Source of the DNA: Oopsacas minuta
Lineage: Eukaryota; Animalia; Porifera
Direction: 5' to 3'
DNA length: 64,000 nt
Assembly: GCA_024704765.1 (NCBI GenBank)
Contig: JAKMXF010000297.1
Coordinates: forward strand, 186,001-250,000
Under the pieces are notes generated by a model. That model was not told the DNA's origin, did not search any database, and was given only the letters and a program-made list of their open reading frames with translations. Position 1 is the first letter of the stretch; each line of letters starts with the position of its first letter. The position numbers and the translations under genes are program-made. Positions 13,549 to 25,500 of this stretch are shown in pieces.

Positions 13549-15582
13549 TCATGTTGTCACACTCCTAGAGAAATAGCACAACGAGAACAGTTTGGACACA
13601 ATAATGTAACTAAGAGTCAAGTATAATCCCATTAATAGACAAATAGAAACAAGTATACCAACAGCTAACCATGGGGTATACTGACACGTCAAGTAGAAAG
13701 TCTCTTTATCACTATAAGGAAATTGATGACTGAATTGTATTAATTTCCCACTCTTCAAATTGCTATAATTGGTAGTCAAGTTATATCCCATGTAGAATGG
13801 TCTACGTGCAGTGAATATTTGTGGTTTTATATTGTTTGCACCTATAATAGAGTCTTTATGTAGGCAGCAATTGTTGTTATTTGACATTGATTCATTTTTA
13901 GTGCAAAATAGAATTTCTTGATTCTTCTTCATAGCATCCTCAAACCCTAAACACATGACTCGTAATCCAGCATTAGCTGAGCCCTCATTAGAAGGATTAA
14001 ACGCATCATAGCATGGGTAAGGAAACGGGATAACTGTGTAGTTGATTGATTCTACCAAAGTGATATTATAAAAACAGGTATTTCCTGGGAACCACAGTGG
14101 CATAGGTGTTATCATATTTAATCGTTGGTTGAAATATTTTTGGTTTTTCTCATAATCCTTGTAGAATAAGAGCCTAGTCTTATTTATATCTTTATAATAG
14201 AAGTCATTAAAATAATATTCAAGAAAATCAAAAATTGTCAATTGATAGGAGGGTGAACCTGATATTTTAACACTGTCACATGAATTAATGAATGTAGAGA
14301 GGTTTGTTGTCTGAGTATCATTTGGGGGAGGGACTAGTATATAGTCTCCTGGGTGGAAATCTACTTGAAAATCATCTCCATCCGTAAATCTAAGGTATCC
14401 AATGAAAGAAGCACAAAAAACGGAAGAAAATAAAATGATAAATCCGATGAATAGAAAGCGTTTGCGTTTATGTCTCCTCGGTCCAAATTCTTGATTATCA
14501 GATTTCACAGCTCCTTTTTTCGTTGTTGAATATGCGAAATATGTAATGAAAAGTAAAAATAAGAACGAGGGTAGGAATGCTAGTATATCTGCAACGACCG
14601 ACATCGCAAATAAAAACTCTACTGTTTTGGAACTTTCTTTTGCACTCGATACGATTAGGCTAACCAAATGACACTCTATGAGATTAAGGACCAGGTATAT
14701 GAGAAGAAATACTATGTATCCACGTAGATATTTTCTACCAAACTTCATCTCAGTGGTAAATCTGGCTTTCATTGGGTCTAGAAGTAGGGGTTGATCCTCT
14801 TCATTGTCCTCATTAGATTTATTTATCATTAATCGTCTCATGTATAACGCAAATGGAATGAATATTATCAAACTTAACAGGATTTCCACCACCCTTAGTA
14901 ATTTTGCGAAAGTGTGGAATGGGTATGCTTCTAATGCTAAAGTTTGAATAGTTGAATCATCTTCAAAATCACTTATGTTAATGATTAATTCCCAGATATT
15001 AAAATGACAAGCGAACACGAAGATTACCCGAAGTGAAAGAATGAGTGTAAATATTTTGAAGTAAAACTCTTTATCAGTCAAGTTGCTTATGAAATTTACA
15101 AGAAACAAGAACCCCCAAAGTATTAGATTTCCCTCTGCTGCTTCGTATGCTGCCTCCAGGAAGTAGAGTACATAATGAGAAGTTGGAATGACATATATAT
15201 AGAGAGCTTTCGACTCACCCTGCCCCTCATAATTGTTAATTTTCTGCAAATATCTCTCGTCTATGAACATTTTATACAAGAAGTATATCCCATGCACTGA
15301 CATTACAATGGTCAATAACATGAAGATGATAACACCAACCAAGAAACATATAACTATCCGAAAATGATCATATTCGTACTGTTTATCTTTGTCAAAACGT
15401 CCTCCTCCTCCTAGCGTTACCTTCTGTACACGGGAATAACACTTATCAATAAGAAATATAATGAACGGCAAAGTTAATAGTGATACAAGCAAAGATATAG
15501 CGAATACTCCCATACCTATTCCAATATACAGTTTACCTATAGGATAACCGCTACCCACTATCATGTCCCATATCGAAATCAT
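13549..15582 (-). CDS. Uncharacterised polytopic membrane protein (about 10 TM), single exon
   Basis: 677-aa ORF with about 9 hydrophobic segments, a Cys- and N-glycosylation-rich loop and a final TM segment. Family not recognised. Confidence 0.75.
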   Translation of the reverse strand: MISIWDMIVGSGYPIGKLYIGIGMGVFAISLLVSLLTLPFIIFLIDKCYSRVQKVTLGGGGRFDKDKQYEYDHFRIVICFLVGVIIFMLLTIVMSVHGIYFLYKMFIDERYLQKINNYEGQGESKALYIYVIPTSHYVLYFLEAAYEAAEGNLILWGFLFLVNFISNLTDKEFYFKIFTLILSLRVIFVFACHFNIWELIINISDFEDDSTIQTLALEAYPFHTFAKLLRVVEILLSLIIFIPFALYMRRLMINKSNEDNEEDQPLLLDPMKARFTTEMKFGRKYLRGYIVFLLIYLVLNLIECHLVSLIVSSAKESSKTVEFLFAMSVVADILAFLPSFLFLLFITYFAYSTTKKGAVKSDNQEFGPRRHKRKRFLFIGFIILFSSVFCASFIGYLRFTDGDDFQVDFHPGDYILVPPPNDTQTTNLSTFINSCDSVKISGSPSYQLTIFDFLEYYFNDFYYKDINKTRLLFYKDYEKNQKYFNQRLNMITPMPLWFPGNTCFYNITLVESINYTVIPFPYPCYDAFNPSNEGSANAGLRVMCLGFEDAMKKNQEILFCTKNESMSNNNNCCLHKDSIIGANNIKPQIFTARRPFYMGYNLTTNYSNLKSGKLIQFSHQFPYSDKETFYLTCQYTPWLAVGILVSICLLMGLYLTLSYIIVSKLFSLCYFSRSVTT

Positions 15583-15822
15583 ATCTGCAGTGTATACGTG
15601 TAGCCAAATTTACCAATTCATGATTGTAATTTATTGTATTTATTGCATAATTTACGGCCTATTCTTAAAGAGTCATATATTAACCTGATCATGTATCACT
15701 TCGTATGTAATTTGAATGTTTTAGCTATTTATGTGATATATATTGCAGCATATGTGTGCATAATAATTAACTGTTGACAGAGCGAGTATATCCTCCAATT
15801 TCTTTTACTATTCTTTGTATAG

Positions 15823-16758
15823 ATGTTCTTACGAATTATTCCATCTTACTTTTCACGGTATCACTCCATCCGTTCATTGCTTTTCAAACCCTGTTTTTTC
15901 TCCAGCCAGAGCTGGCATGGATTCAGTGAAAACATTGAGTTGCATTTGAGAGACGGATATCCTTGTTTGAAACTTCCTCTCGTCTCCAGACAGGGTAATG
16001 TATTATTATACCTGAACCCTATTACAGATACTGTGGGCAGCTTAGTATCACACATACGACAGGAAGATCGAGGTCTGCAACAAGTGGAGCTGATGAGTAC
16101 TGAAGGGGACAGATTTGCACTCTCCTCTCCTGTCAAACACCTTCTATTCGAGAACTTTGACCTCCAGCTGAATGACAAGCGTTACAGAGTAAACCTGACA
16201 GAGCAATTGAAGATAAAATCAGGTCTAGATGTTAGTAGTGAATTGTCTAATGAAATAGGAGAAGTAAAGAATTCTATTCACAAACTGTATGTAGCTCTTA
16301 ACATTGATAGACGGCAGTTACAACTATCACATGAATTGACTTCAAGGGCTGAGGTGTTAAGGGAACAATTGGAACCTTCTGAAGAGATAAAGACTGTCGT
16401 AGAGACCAATGCTTGGAGGAATACCCATATTGTTATTTGGAGCGGATTAGGGATTATGGGGGTTAATGCAGGGCTTGTAGGTTACCTCACTTGGTTTGTG
16501 TTATCATGGGATATAGTAGAACCTTTCTCTTACATCATCACATTCTCAACTAGTATACTATTCTACATTTACTTTGTGTTATCTCGAAGTGATCCATCTT
16601 ATCCTGATGCAAGGAGTCGTATCTTTTATTTGAACTTCTACAAAGCAGCTAAGAAACTCAAATTTAATGTGGAAGAATATAATTCTATGAAGAAAGAACT
16701 TACTGAGATTAATATGCGATTAGCAAATCTGAGATCAATTCTACCAGCCATCTCTTAA
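15823..16758 (+). CDS. MCU: Mitochondrial calcium uniporter
   Basis: Presequence-like N-terminus, LPLVSRQG N-terminal domain, coiled coil and two TM helices flanking the filter WDIVEP (D and E of the DIME motif kept). Confidence 0.93.
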   Translation: MFLRIIPSYFSRYHSIRSLLFKPCFFSSQSWHGFSENIELHLRDGYPCLKLPLVSRQGNVLLYLNPITDTVGSLVSHIRQEDRGLQQVELMSTEGDRFALSSPVKHLLFENFDLQLNDKRYRVNLTEQLKIKSGLDVSSELSNEIGEVKNSIHKLYVALNIDRRQLQLSHELTSRAEVLREQLEPSEEIKTVVETNAWRNTHIVIWSGLGIMGVNAGLVGYLTWFVLSWDIVEPFSYIITFSTSILFYIYFVLSRSDPSYPDARSRIFYLNFYKAAKKLKFNVEEYNSMKKELTEINMRLANLRSILPAIS

Positions 16759-16887
16759 CTTATCTTAGAAAATTGTGCTTATTATTTCACTAATTATTTA
16801 CGTTTGTAAGGAAATTAATGTTTGTTACTCGATTGAATTCTACATATACACATATTTCTAAAACTTCTTTCTCATAACTTTTGTATA

Positions 16888-17045
16888 CAGTCAACTCCGG
16901 GTAGAGTCACATCTGGATCAGCTAGTCTTTAAACCAGATTACAAGCTGAAGCAGGATAACCGGAATGATTTAACACTAATTGTATGGTTCTGTTCCTGGT
17001 GAAGTGACCCGATTAACCGATGTCGCTATTAAGCAGAGTTGACTG
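16888..17045. mobile_element. pogo/Tigger-like MITE, 158 bp
   Basis: TA|CAGTCAACTC...GAGTTGACTG|TA: perfect 10-bp TIR with TA target duplication, 62 nt upstream of the DPH3 ATG. Confidence 0.7.
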
Positions 17046-17107
17046 TAGATTTTTCCAAAAAGCTAATTATGGAATTGCTATTATTAGATTATTTTTCTGA
17101 GGTCACT

Positions 17108-17344
17108 ATGTCTGTGTTTCATGACGAGGTAGAGATAGAGGACTTTGAGTGGGATCCAGACACAGAAAGCTACTACTACCCGTGTCCTTGTGGAGATCAA
17201 TTTGTGATAACTCTACAAGAGCTAGAAGATGGAGAAGAGATAGCAACTTGTCCAAGTTGTTCTCTCATTGTTAGAGTAGTGTATGATGTAGATCAGTTCA
17301 GTCATAAGGAAGTAGCAATCTCACAGACTGGATTAACTGTATGA
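17108..17344 (+). CDS. DPH3: Diphthamide biosynthesis protein 3 (CSL zinc finger)
   Basis: [16 protein letters not shown]...[11 protein letters not shown]...[15 protein letters not shown]. True ATG at 17108; the ORF-track start at 17039 lies inside the MITE. Confidence 0.93.
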   Translation: MSVFHDEVEIEDFEWDPDTESYYYPCPCGDQFVITLQELEDGEEIATCPSCSLIVRVVYDVDQFSHKEVAISQTGLTV

Positions 17345-17492
17345 GAAATGTATATGTAGCTACGTAATATACTAGTTCTAATGTTTTATAAATTCATATA
17401 TTACTATTTCTCAATTTGATGCTGAACAGAATAATTTTTTGTAAATCTCCTACATTCATATTAATTTTGATTCTACTAATATTAGTAAACAA

Positions 17493-20400
17493 ATGTCTAA
17501 TTTTCCAAATTCATACGACCCTCAGCTGCAAGCTAAACAGCTGTTAGAAGATGCTACTATCTATGCAAAGGATGCTATAACGTATGACCAGGATAAGAAA
17601 TACCCTAGTGCTCTATTCTTCTACCAGGAGGCTGTAAGTGCTCTCCTCAGAGCATACTCACTGGATCCAACCCTCAAGGAAACACACACGAAAGCTAAAG
17701 AATACCTTGATAGAGCTGACATAATAAAAGCTCTCATTTCAGGCAATACAGACAGTAATAATCACTACTAATGTTATATTATTTTATTTATCTTTTAGAG
17801 AATACTCGTACACCTCTAAACCCACCAGAAAAGGAGACAACTATTTCTAATTTGGAATTAATGATAGAGAATGCTAAACAGCTGGAGCAACAGAGTAAAC
17901 TGAATAGATCCCTCACTCTCTATCAACAGGTAGGAGAAATGGCGATAGCAGCCGCTAGAGCATCAAGAGAGATTAAAGAAGACCGAAAACTTCTTAGTAA
18001 GCAAGCTAAGATCGCGCTAGAAGGAGCAGAGAGAATAAAGTTTACACTCAAGGAGAGGAAGGAGAGTTCCCAGGGTTCATCAGAGAAAGGGCCACAAAAA
18101 GACTATTTGATATCATTCGGAGGGGAACACACACGACATGAGGGTCCTACCCATAGGGTAGCACCAAACAAGCTACTATCCTATCTAGGCACTGATACTA
18201 CTCCTTATCAGGTAATATTATTTAAAGTGAAGATTTTTAGGATAATTATGATTCAATATTTTAGGGGTTGAAGCCTAAGAGCAGTAGCGGAACAGATGAA
18301 CCCCGTCTCCCTCCAAACAAGCTTCTCTCCTATCTAGACGCTGACCCAGAACCAACACAAGTAGACTCTAACCCCTCAGATAACCCTCAGCCTCAACAGC
18401 CCTCTTCAACCAGGAGAGATTATGCTAGCAAGTTCTCTGCCCAGGAACTAGCTGTACTGAAAGGAACCTCTAACATTAATGGGAGAGTATATCTACCTTG
18501 GTTAGATTCAGATCTATCTGAACTCATTGACTACAGACAATTTACTGACTGCTTTAATGATCCTGATGGATTGCCCGCCCTGGCACCTAAACAGAGTGCC
18601 TTGCTACACGGCTGGTTTCGTCCCGGAGACATCTGTGACGAACCTAAGATGGTATACGTAGTTAGTAGCGCTTCTGTTAAGCAGACAATTGTCAGTGATT
18701 GTTCATTCGTGGCTTCTCTCGGAGTATGTGCTGAATATGAGAAGAGATTTAAAAAGAGACTGATCACCAGATGTATATACCCTCAGAACAAGAAAGGACA
18801 GCCTATTATAAACCCATACGGGAAGTATTTTGTGTGTTTAAATCTTAATGGTTGTAGACGTAGAGTAGTAATTGATGATAGATTGCCTATTGGGTCATCA
18901 GGTGAACTACTCTCTTCTTACTCTGTTAATAAAGATGAATTCTGGGTATCTCTGTTGGAGAAAGCTTATATTAAGGTTGTATAGTCAACTCCGTTCTATC
19001 GAACACGTAGCGAAATACCGCTTATATTGAAGGATGAAATTCTACAATTATAGTCCTAAACTGGTCCTAAATCGTCAATATAACGTAAAAATAAATCTCT
19101 TAATTATCGCGGTCCCTTAAGCTTTGATATAACCGGAGTTGACTGTATTATTTCAATTAATTTGTGTGATAAATACCAACTATTTAATGATACATCTGTC
19201 AGGTAATGGGAGGATATGATTTTCCTGGTTCCAGTTCTAATATTGACCTACACGCACTAACTGGTTGGATACCAGAGAGACTCACCCTCAAACCACACCT
19301 CCCTGAGCAACTCAAACCTGACCAAGTCTTCAAGACAATGCTTGACTCCTTCCAGAGAGGACAAGCCTTACTGACTGCAGCTACTGGTAAGATATCTAAT
19401 GTAGATGCAGAAAGAGCTGGGCTAGTGCAGACTCATGCTTATGCAGTATTAGATGTTAAGGAAGTGTTTGGACATAAATTAGTACAGCTTAAGAACCCCT
19501 GGAGTCACAAGAGATGGAAAGGTAACTTTGCTGCTGATGATAAGGCTAGCTGGACCCCTGACCTTAAGAGGGCTCTTGGATTTGATCAACTCGCGGCTAT
19601 GCAGGTACAGGCAATAATTTAAATATATACGAATATGTCTTTAAATAAGAGTAATCAAATTACACGTACTACGAATTTACGAATTCAATCATTTGTTACA
19701 TATTACATATATAGTATGTATATTATTACGCATTCTATTAATTTGTACATATTGTAATATGATTAGTTAATATTATCACACATATACATACACATGCCAC
19801 CTAAATCTAAATCTAAATCTAAACCAAAGAAGAAAACACCTAAACTACCTGACCACTTAATCAATGGTATTGATGACGTAATAGAGCCACCTCATCCTTC
19901 TGATCCTACAGAGTGTGTTACAGATAAAATCTCACTTTTAAAGTCCTCTCTCCATTCTTCTCACCTCACTCAGCTGTCCTGTAGAGAATCAGAATTATGT
20001 CAGCTGGAGCTATTTATAGAAGATCATCTAGACTCTAATCTATCCGGAGCTCTTTATATCTCCGGTCCACCAGGTACTGGTAAAACTGTTTGTATTCGAC
20101 ATGTCATCACACAGATAGAGTCCCGATCTAGACCTGTTAAGAAGCGCAGAAAGAGTGATAAACTTCCTCCCACTAATATCCCTATAATAATAGAAGTTAA
20201 CTGTATGCACCTAAGCTCTCCTACACAAATATTCCGTACTCTATTGGTGTATATGTCTATAAAAGGTAGTGGTAAGGCTGAAGATAAGCTGACTAGAGAG
20301 CTAGTGGGAGAGGGACAGATGGTACTGCTTGTGTTAGATGAAGTTGACAGGTTAGCTGAAGGAAGCGTGGGACAACAGGTCCTGTACTCCCTCTTCTCAT

Positions 20401-22235
20401 GGCCTACTCTCCCTAACTCCAGACTTGTCCTAATTGCTATTGCTAACACACTTGACCTCACAGACAGACTACTACCCAGGCTACAAACTAGACTGAATTC
20501 TCTGCCTACACATCTCTCATTCTCTTCTTACTCACACGATCAGCTGTATCAAATATTATCAGCTCGCCTGGATGAAATCAGCTGTTGGGAACAGCTGATT
20601 AGCCCTGATTCTGTTAAGCTTTGTGCTAGAAAGGTAGCTGCAGTACATGGAGATGCTAGAAAGGCACTTGACGTGTTGAGACGAGCTGTAGAGCTCTGGG
20701 AGTCACAAGGGGGTGATGTCAAGGTATCTGTTCCACATATCGCCCGTACATTCTCACAGGTCTGTTGTGGTACAGGTCTAGGAGCTAAATCAGCTGATAA
20801 CGATACAGGAGAAGAGCTACCTATTCAACAGAAAATAACTGTATGTTCTCTCCTGCTTAAGGTTAGAGATCGTACTAATAAGCAAATAAAGCTAGGAGCT
20901 CTACACGATACTTATGCTAGTGTGTGTAGAGAGAGACACATTACACCGCTAGTACAGTCTGAATTCGTAGATTTGTGCTGTCTGCTGGAGAGCAGAGGTG
21001 TGTTAGAAGTTAAACAAGCTAAAGAAGTTAGACAGTTTGTAATCAGGTTAATGATATCAGAAGGAGATGTAGAGCATGCTCTCAAGGATCAGATACTCCT
21101 CAGTAGCATACTAGCTAAGAAGCCTGATCCTGTATTGTATGATGATAACTATTCATAAATTACTTATTAATAATTCTCTGGATAATGTACATTGATTGTA
21201 GATCTGTAAATTATTTTACTCGACACTTGCTACCTTACTATCGTAAATGCGAATATATCCTTCAGTTACATATGTTATTTTATTGACAGGTTGACAATGG
21301 AGTATTTTGGATTGATTTGAAGTCGTTCCAGCATTTCTTTGATGTAGTATATCTGAATTGGAACCCAGATATGTTCCGCTATAAGAGGAACATACACGCC
21401 TCTTGGTGTCCTGAACATGCAGGACCCATCAAGGACACATATGCTATTGAGAAGAACCCTCAATATCGATTAGAAGTACAATCGAAGGAGGCCGGACAAG
21501 TTTGGGTGCTACTATCTAGACATATTACTGACAAGAAAGATTTTGCTAATAATCAGAAATTCATTACACTACATGTCAAGAAATCTGATGGGAAGAGAGT
21601 ATACTATCCTGGAGAATATCTGCACGAAGGTAACTTGTATTTATGTACGCGTATAATTGGCTAGTTATTACTAATTATACATAATTCTAGGAATAAAGAT
21701 TAATGCTCCTCACTATCTTGCTAAGATATCATTCTCCAAAGGTATCTCCTATTACACACTGATAGTATCACAGCTAGAAGCTCTCAGCAAGATACACTAC
21801 ACCATAAGAGTATACTCTTCTGCTGAAGTAAGTCTAGGTCCTGTACTCAATCCTTACAAGAATACTCGTTCTCTAACAGATGAATGGACCAAGGACACAG
21901 GAGGGGGTTGTGTCAATAACCCAACCTTTATACATAACCCAGTATATCGGTTAGAGATAGAGGGAGCTGGTCCTTTGGGAGCAGCTGATGTTCTGTTTAA
22001 GGTAGAAGGCCCGCGTAAATTCAGTGTTGGTTTCCAGTTAACTCCAGAAGTTAAGACTCCGTCTCTTCCTCAAATGAACAGTGGACCTTACAGACCAGGT
22101 CTAGCCGTGTTAGAAACTTCTCTACCTCCGGGAAACTATTCTATCATACCTTCTACATTTAATCCCGGGGAGGTGGCGCCTTTCTTCCTGACCGTATCCT
22201 GTTCCCACGGATTCAAATTAAACAGAGTGAAATAA
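17493..22235 (+). CDS. CAPN7: Calpain-7 (PalB-type: MIT domains, cysteine protease, C2-like), 6 exons
   Basis: Exons about 17493-17742/54, 17799-18211, 18265-18975, 19203-19604, 21290-21629, 21691-22235. Two MIT helical domains, catalytic QTIVSDCSF, HAYAV and KNPW, then NPQYRLEV and YSIIPSTF. Confidence 0.92.
18982..19145. mobile_element. pogo/Tigger-like MITE, 164 bp, in a CAPN7 intron
   Basis: TA|TAGTCAACTCCG...CGGAGTTGACTG|TA, the same terminus as the 16888 element, inserted 6 nt after the splice donor. Confidence 0.7.
19794..21158 (+). CDS. CDC6: Cell division control protein 6 (AAA+ plus winged helix), intronless, nested in CAPN7 intron
   Basis: ALYISGPPGTGKT Walker A, VNCM, LLVLDEVD Walker B, LIAIANTLDLTDRLLPRL, VAAVHGDARKALDVLRRAVE and a C-terminal winged helix. 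Confidence 0.92.
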   Translation: MPPKSKSKSKPKKKTPKLPDHLINGIDDVIEPPHPSDPTECVTDKISLLKSSLHSSHLTQLSCRESELCQLELFIEDHLDSNLSGALYISGPPGTGKTVCIRHVITQIESRSRPVKKRRKSDKLPPTNIPIIIEVNCMHLSSPTQIFRTLLVYMSIKGSGKAEDKLTRELVGEGQMVLLVLDEVDRLAEGSVGQQVLYSLFSWPTLPNSRLVLIAIANTLDLTDRLLPRLQTRLNSLPTHLSFSSYSHDQLYQILSARLDEISCWEQLISPDSVKLCARKVAAVHGDARKALDVLRRAVELWESQGGDVKVSVPHIARTFSQVCCGTGLGAKSADNDTGEELPIQQKITVCSLLLKVRDRTNKQIKLGALHDTYASVCRERHITPLVQSEFVDLCCLLESRGVLEVKQAKEVRQFVIRLMISEGDVEHALKDQILLSSILAKKPDPVLYDDNYS

Positions 22236-22544
22236 AGAATTATTTGCTGTTTTTTTTTAATATAACTTTGAGTATATTATTCCGCATGAGCTAAGAGAGA
22301 CTCTGCTGCATTGATATTTAGATATATATTTCTATGATATTCACTACCCTGGTGCCAACCGTAATTATATTTAACACCTTTTGGCGATTAACCATACCAG
22401 AGATTTGGCTCCAAGCGCTAGCAGGCGGAGTCTTTGTCCGGATTGAACATCACCTTTCGTCCAGATTTCTCTATAAACTCCCAATTTTTTTTATGAAATT
22501 ATTTTGCTTCTTAGGTTAGTTGATAATTAATTATTATTACATAC

Positions 22545-25500
22545 ATGGCTGATTGGGATATTGATAGCACACTACACCAACACTCTACACCAAGATTATG
22601 TTACAGCTTTATTGATACCATCACTATGTTAATAAATTCAGGAGTTAGTAATGAACTATTATTACGTTATATCTCACAGAATACTACAGCTCTTGATTCC
22701 TTGCTAGGCTGTCATGAGCTGGAGTACAAACATATTACTCCATTACTATCTATCCTTACTCATGCTTGTCTGAGATATGATCAACATTTTCATGACCAAA
22801 TATACTCAAACCTTCTTACAAGTAATTTTATCTCTCCAAATGGTCCTCTATTAGATCACACTTTTGATGTAATACATGATAATGAGCATATGGTTGTTGT
22901 GGAACCAAGTTATCTTCAATATATAACTAATATGATATCTCTCTTCTCTTCTCTACACAATATTGATTCTGATAATAGAAGAGCTAAATCTAACCTTGAC
23001 AATTCTATTCAGCTATTCTGTAATGCGGTTAAGGAATCCAGTAGCTTCTATTCTATAATGGAATCTATAGAAGAAAGAATTGACAAATTGCTAGCTCTAT
23101 GTAATGATATTAAATATGAAGATTTGCATTATCAATTCACTGATGATCGATTCTACGGATATTCTCATAGGCATATGTCAATACTTCCACTACCAGGAGA
23201 GGTTCAGTACAGACCAAGAAGGTCTCTCCGGAGCCTGGTAAAGAAGGGAGCGTATCCAGATGCTGAGACATTCTTAGACGTACATTTCAAACTTCTGAGA
23301 GAGGACATGATCCGCCCAATTAGACAAGGAGTTAATAACTTCTTTAATAATGATAAAGAATTTAAGAAAGATCTATTCGTGTATTCAATGTTTGTATGCT
23401 TGAAACTCGTTGTGATGAAAGACAAGGAATTGTCTATGAGGTGTCCTTCTATCCTGATGGGATTAGAGATATTAGTCGTATTCGGTGGGACAGAAGCAAA
23501 CGTCTCATGTTTGGTACTCTGCTATTATTATTCCCAATGGATTCTATTCCTGGAGAAGAAGTAACATTATGTGACCCTCTCTGGGCTATAGTAGTTAATA
23601 AAGATGATAAGAAAATAACTAATGTATGTGCTAGAGGGAACAGGAATCCTAATATTACTATTCAGTTTGATTCAGGATTTGAATCTCGGTTTTCCTACGA
23701 CAGACGTTACTATATGCTAGAGTCTAGGAAGGTATATTATGAGGCATATAAACATACTTTGAGTGTTCTGCAATTTATGGATTCAGGATCTCTTCCCTTC
23801 CAAAAGATTCTACTAGGTCAATCCTCTACTAATCTCCCTCCACGCTATGTTTCTAAACAAACTGCTTATCCTATGACTAACTTATTCCCATCTTTTAGGG
23901 CGCACCAACTTCGGGTGCTAGGCATATGGCCAGACCACTCCCCTATCATGGATCAGAGTCAGTATAGAGCTGTTAAATTAGCTCTTACTAGTCAGCTAGC
24001 AGTTATACAGGGTCCTCCAGGCACTGGCAAAACTTATGTAGGGACACACGTGATTAAAGTTCTTTTAGAGGCCAGACGGAATCTCCAGGATTCAATTACA
24101 AACCGTAGAAATCATTATTGGCGTCGATATCGTCATTTCCGAGACAATGATGAAGAAGATGATCCAGTATATGACAATCTTGTCAGTACTCTATGTGATA
24201 AACCTATTGTAGTTATTACTTATACCAACCATGCATTGGATCAGTTCCTTGGTTTAATTTTAGAATTTGAAAATAATATCATTCGAATTGGAAATCGTTC
24301 TGAAGACGAGAAAATTAAGAAACTCTCTCTACGGAATAAGAGAGATATGCGGGCAGGATCACTCCGCTATGATCAGAGAAAAGATATAAATTATGAATTA
24401 ACTATAGTGAGCAAACGTCTCCAGACCATATCTCGTAGGCTCGCTTCAGTTCAAATGACAGAATACGATATAGAATACTATACTACTCCCAAACAATATA
24501 AGAAACTAATCAATCATCCTAAATACTCCATTTCTGACTGGTATAACTGTAGAGATTGTAACTCTAAGCAAACATCTGTAATAATTACAGCTGCACCAAT
24601 AATTCCTGTTGTGAATAACAGTGAAACAGAAAATTTTGAAGTATTCAGTGATAGTGAGAATGAAGATGCTGTAGATTTCAATGATGACCTTATAGGCTAT
24701 GTATCTGACGATGAATTCATCTCATCACATGATGCTCTCTATGAGGGAGAATTCAAACCGGCAATCCCGATAAGAGATAACATATGCAAGTTTGAAGCAT
24801 TTGCCGATCCTTGGACCTTAGATCCACGTACTCGCACGGGGCTGATTGATTATTGGTTATCTTTGAAGAGAGAATGTCTTTCAGATCAGCTGGAGCGTGC
24901 GAAATCTGACTATGAGCAATTGAATTCTGAGTTAAAACACCATTACCTCACGATTGACTATTCTGCTCTAAAGCAAGCAGCTGTTGTAGGCATGACTACA
25001 ACTGGAGCTGCTAAAAACTCAGAATTGATACAAGAACTTAAACCACACATAATATTCATTGAGGAATCAGCAGAGGTGCTGGAAGCTCATGTTATAGGTT
25101 GTCTGTCAGAATCTGTTCAGCACTTAATATCGATAGGAGACCACAAGCAATTGAGGCCTTCATTTGCTGAGTTCTCATTACTGAGGCACAATTTAGATAT
25201 CTCGTTATTTGAAAGATTGATTAATAACAATTTCGAGCATGTTACACTTCAATGTCAACACAGGATGAGACCCGAAATATCCCAGTTAGTTAGACATATA
25301 TACCCTCATCTCATTGATGATGATACCGTATTCGAATACCCCTCTATCAAAGGAGCACGATTTAATATGTTCTTTATAGATCATAAGATAATCGAGGATC
25401 GAATTGATACTGAAGGATTGAGTAAGTTAAATTCTCATGAAGCCAAATTTCTAGCAAAGTTAAGCGAGTATTTATTGAACCAGGGTTATAAAGATACAGA

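Noticed and set aside
16450-16540. MCU filter WDIVEP rather than WDIMEP
   Set aside because: The Asp and Glu that coordinate Ca2+ are conserved; this is a conservative change.
17743-17798. Possible GC-AG intron in CAPN7 (CAG|GCAATA)
   Set aside because: An in-phase GT donor at 17755 explains the join equally well; unresolvable without transcripts.
23381-23421. 41-nt GT-AG intron that would repair the ZNFX1 frame
   Set aside because: It has no pyrimidine tract and would delete the conserved YxNV...C segment; a 1-nt indel fits homology better.
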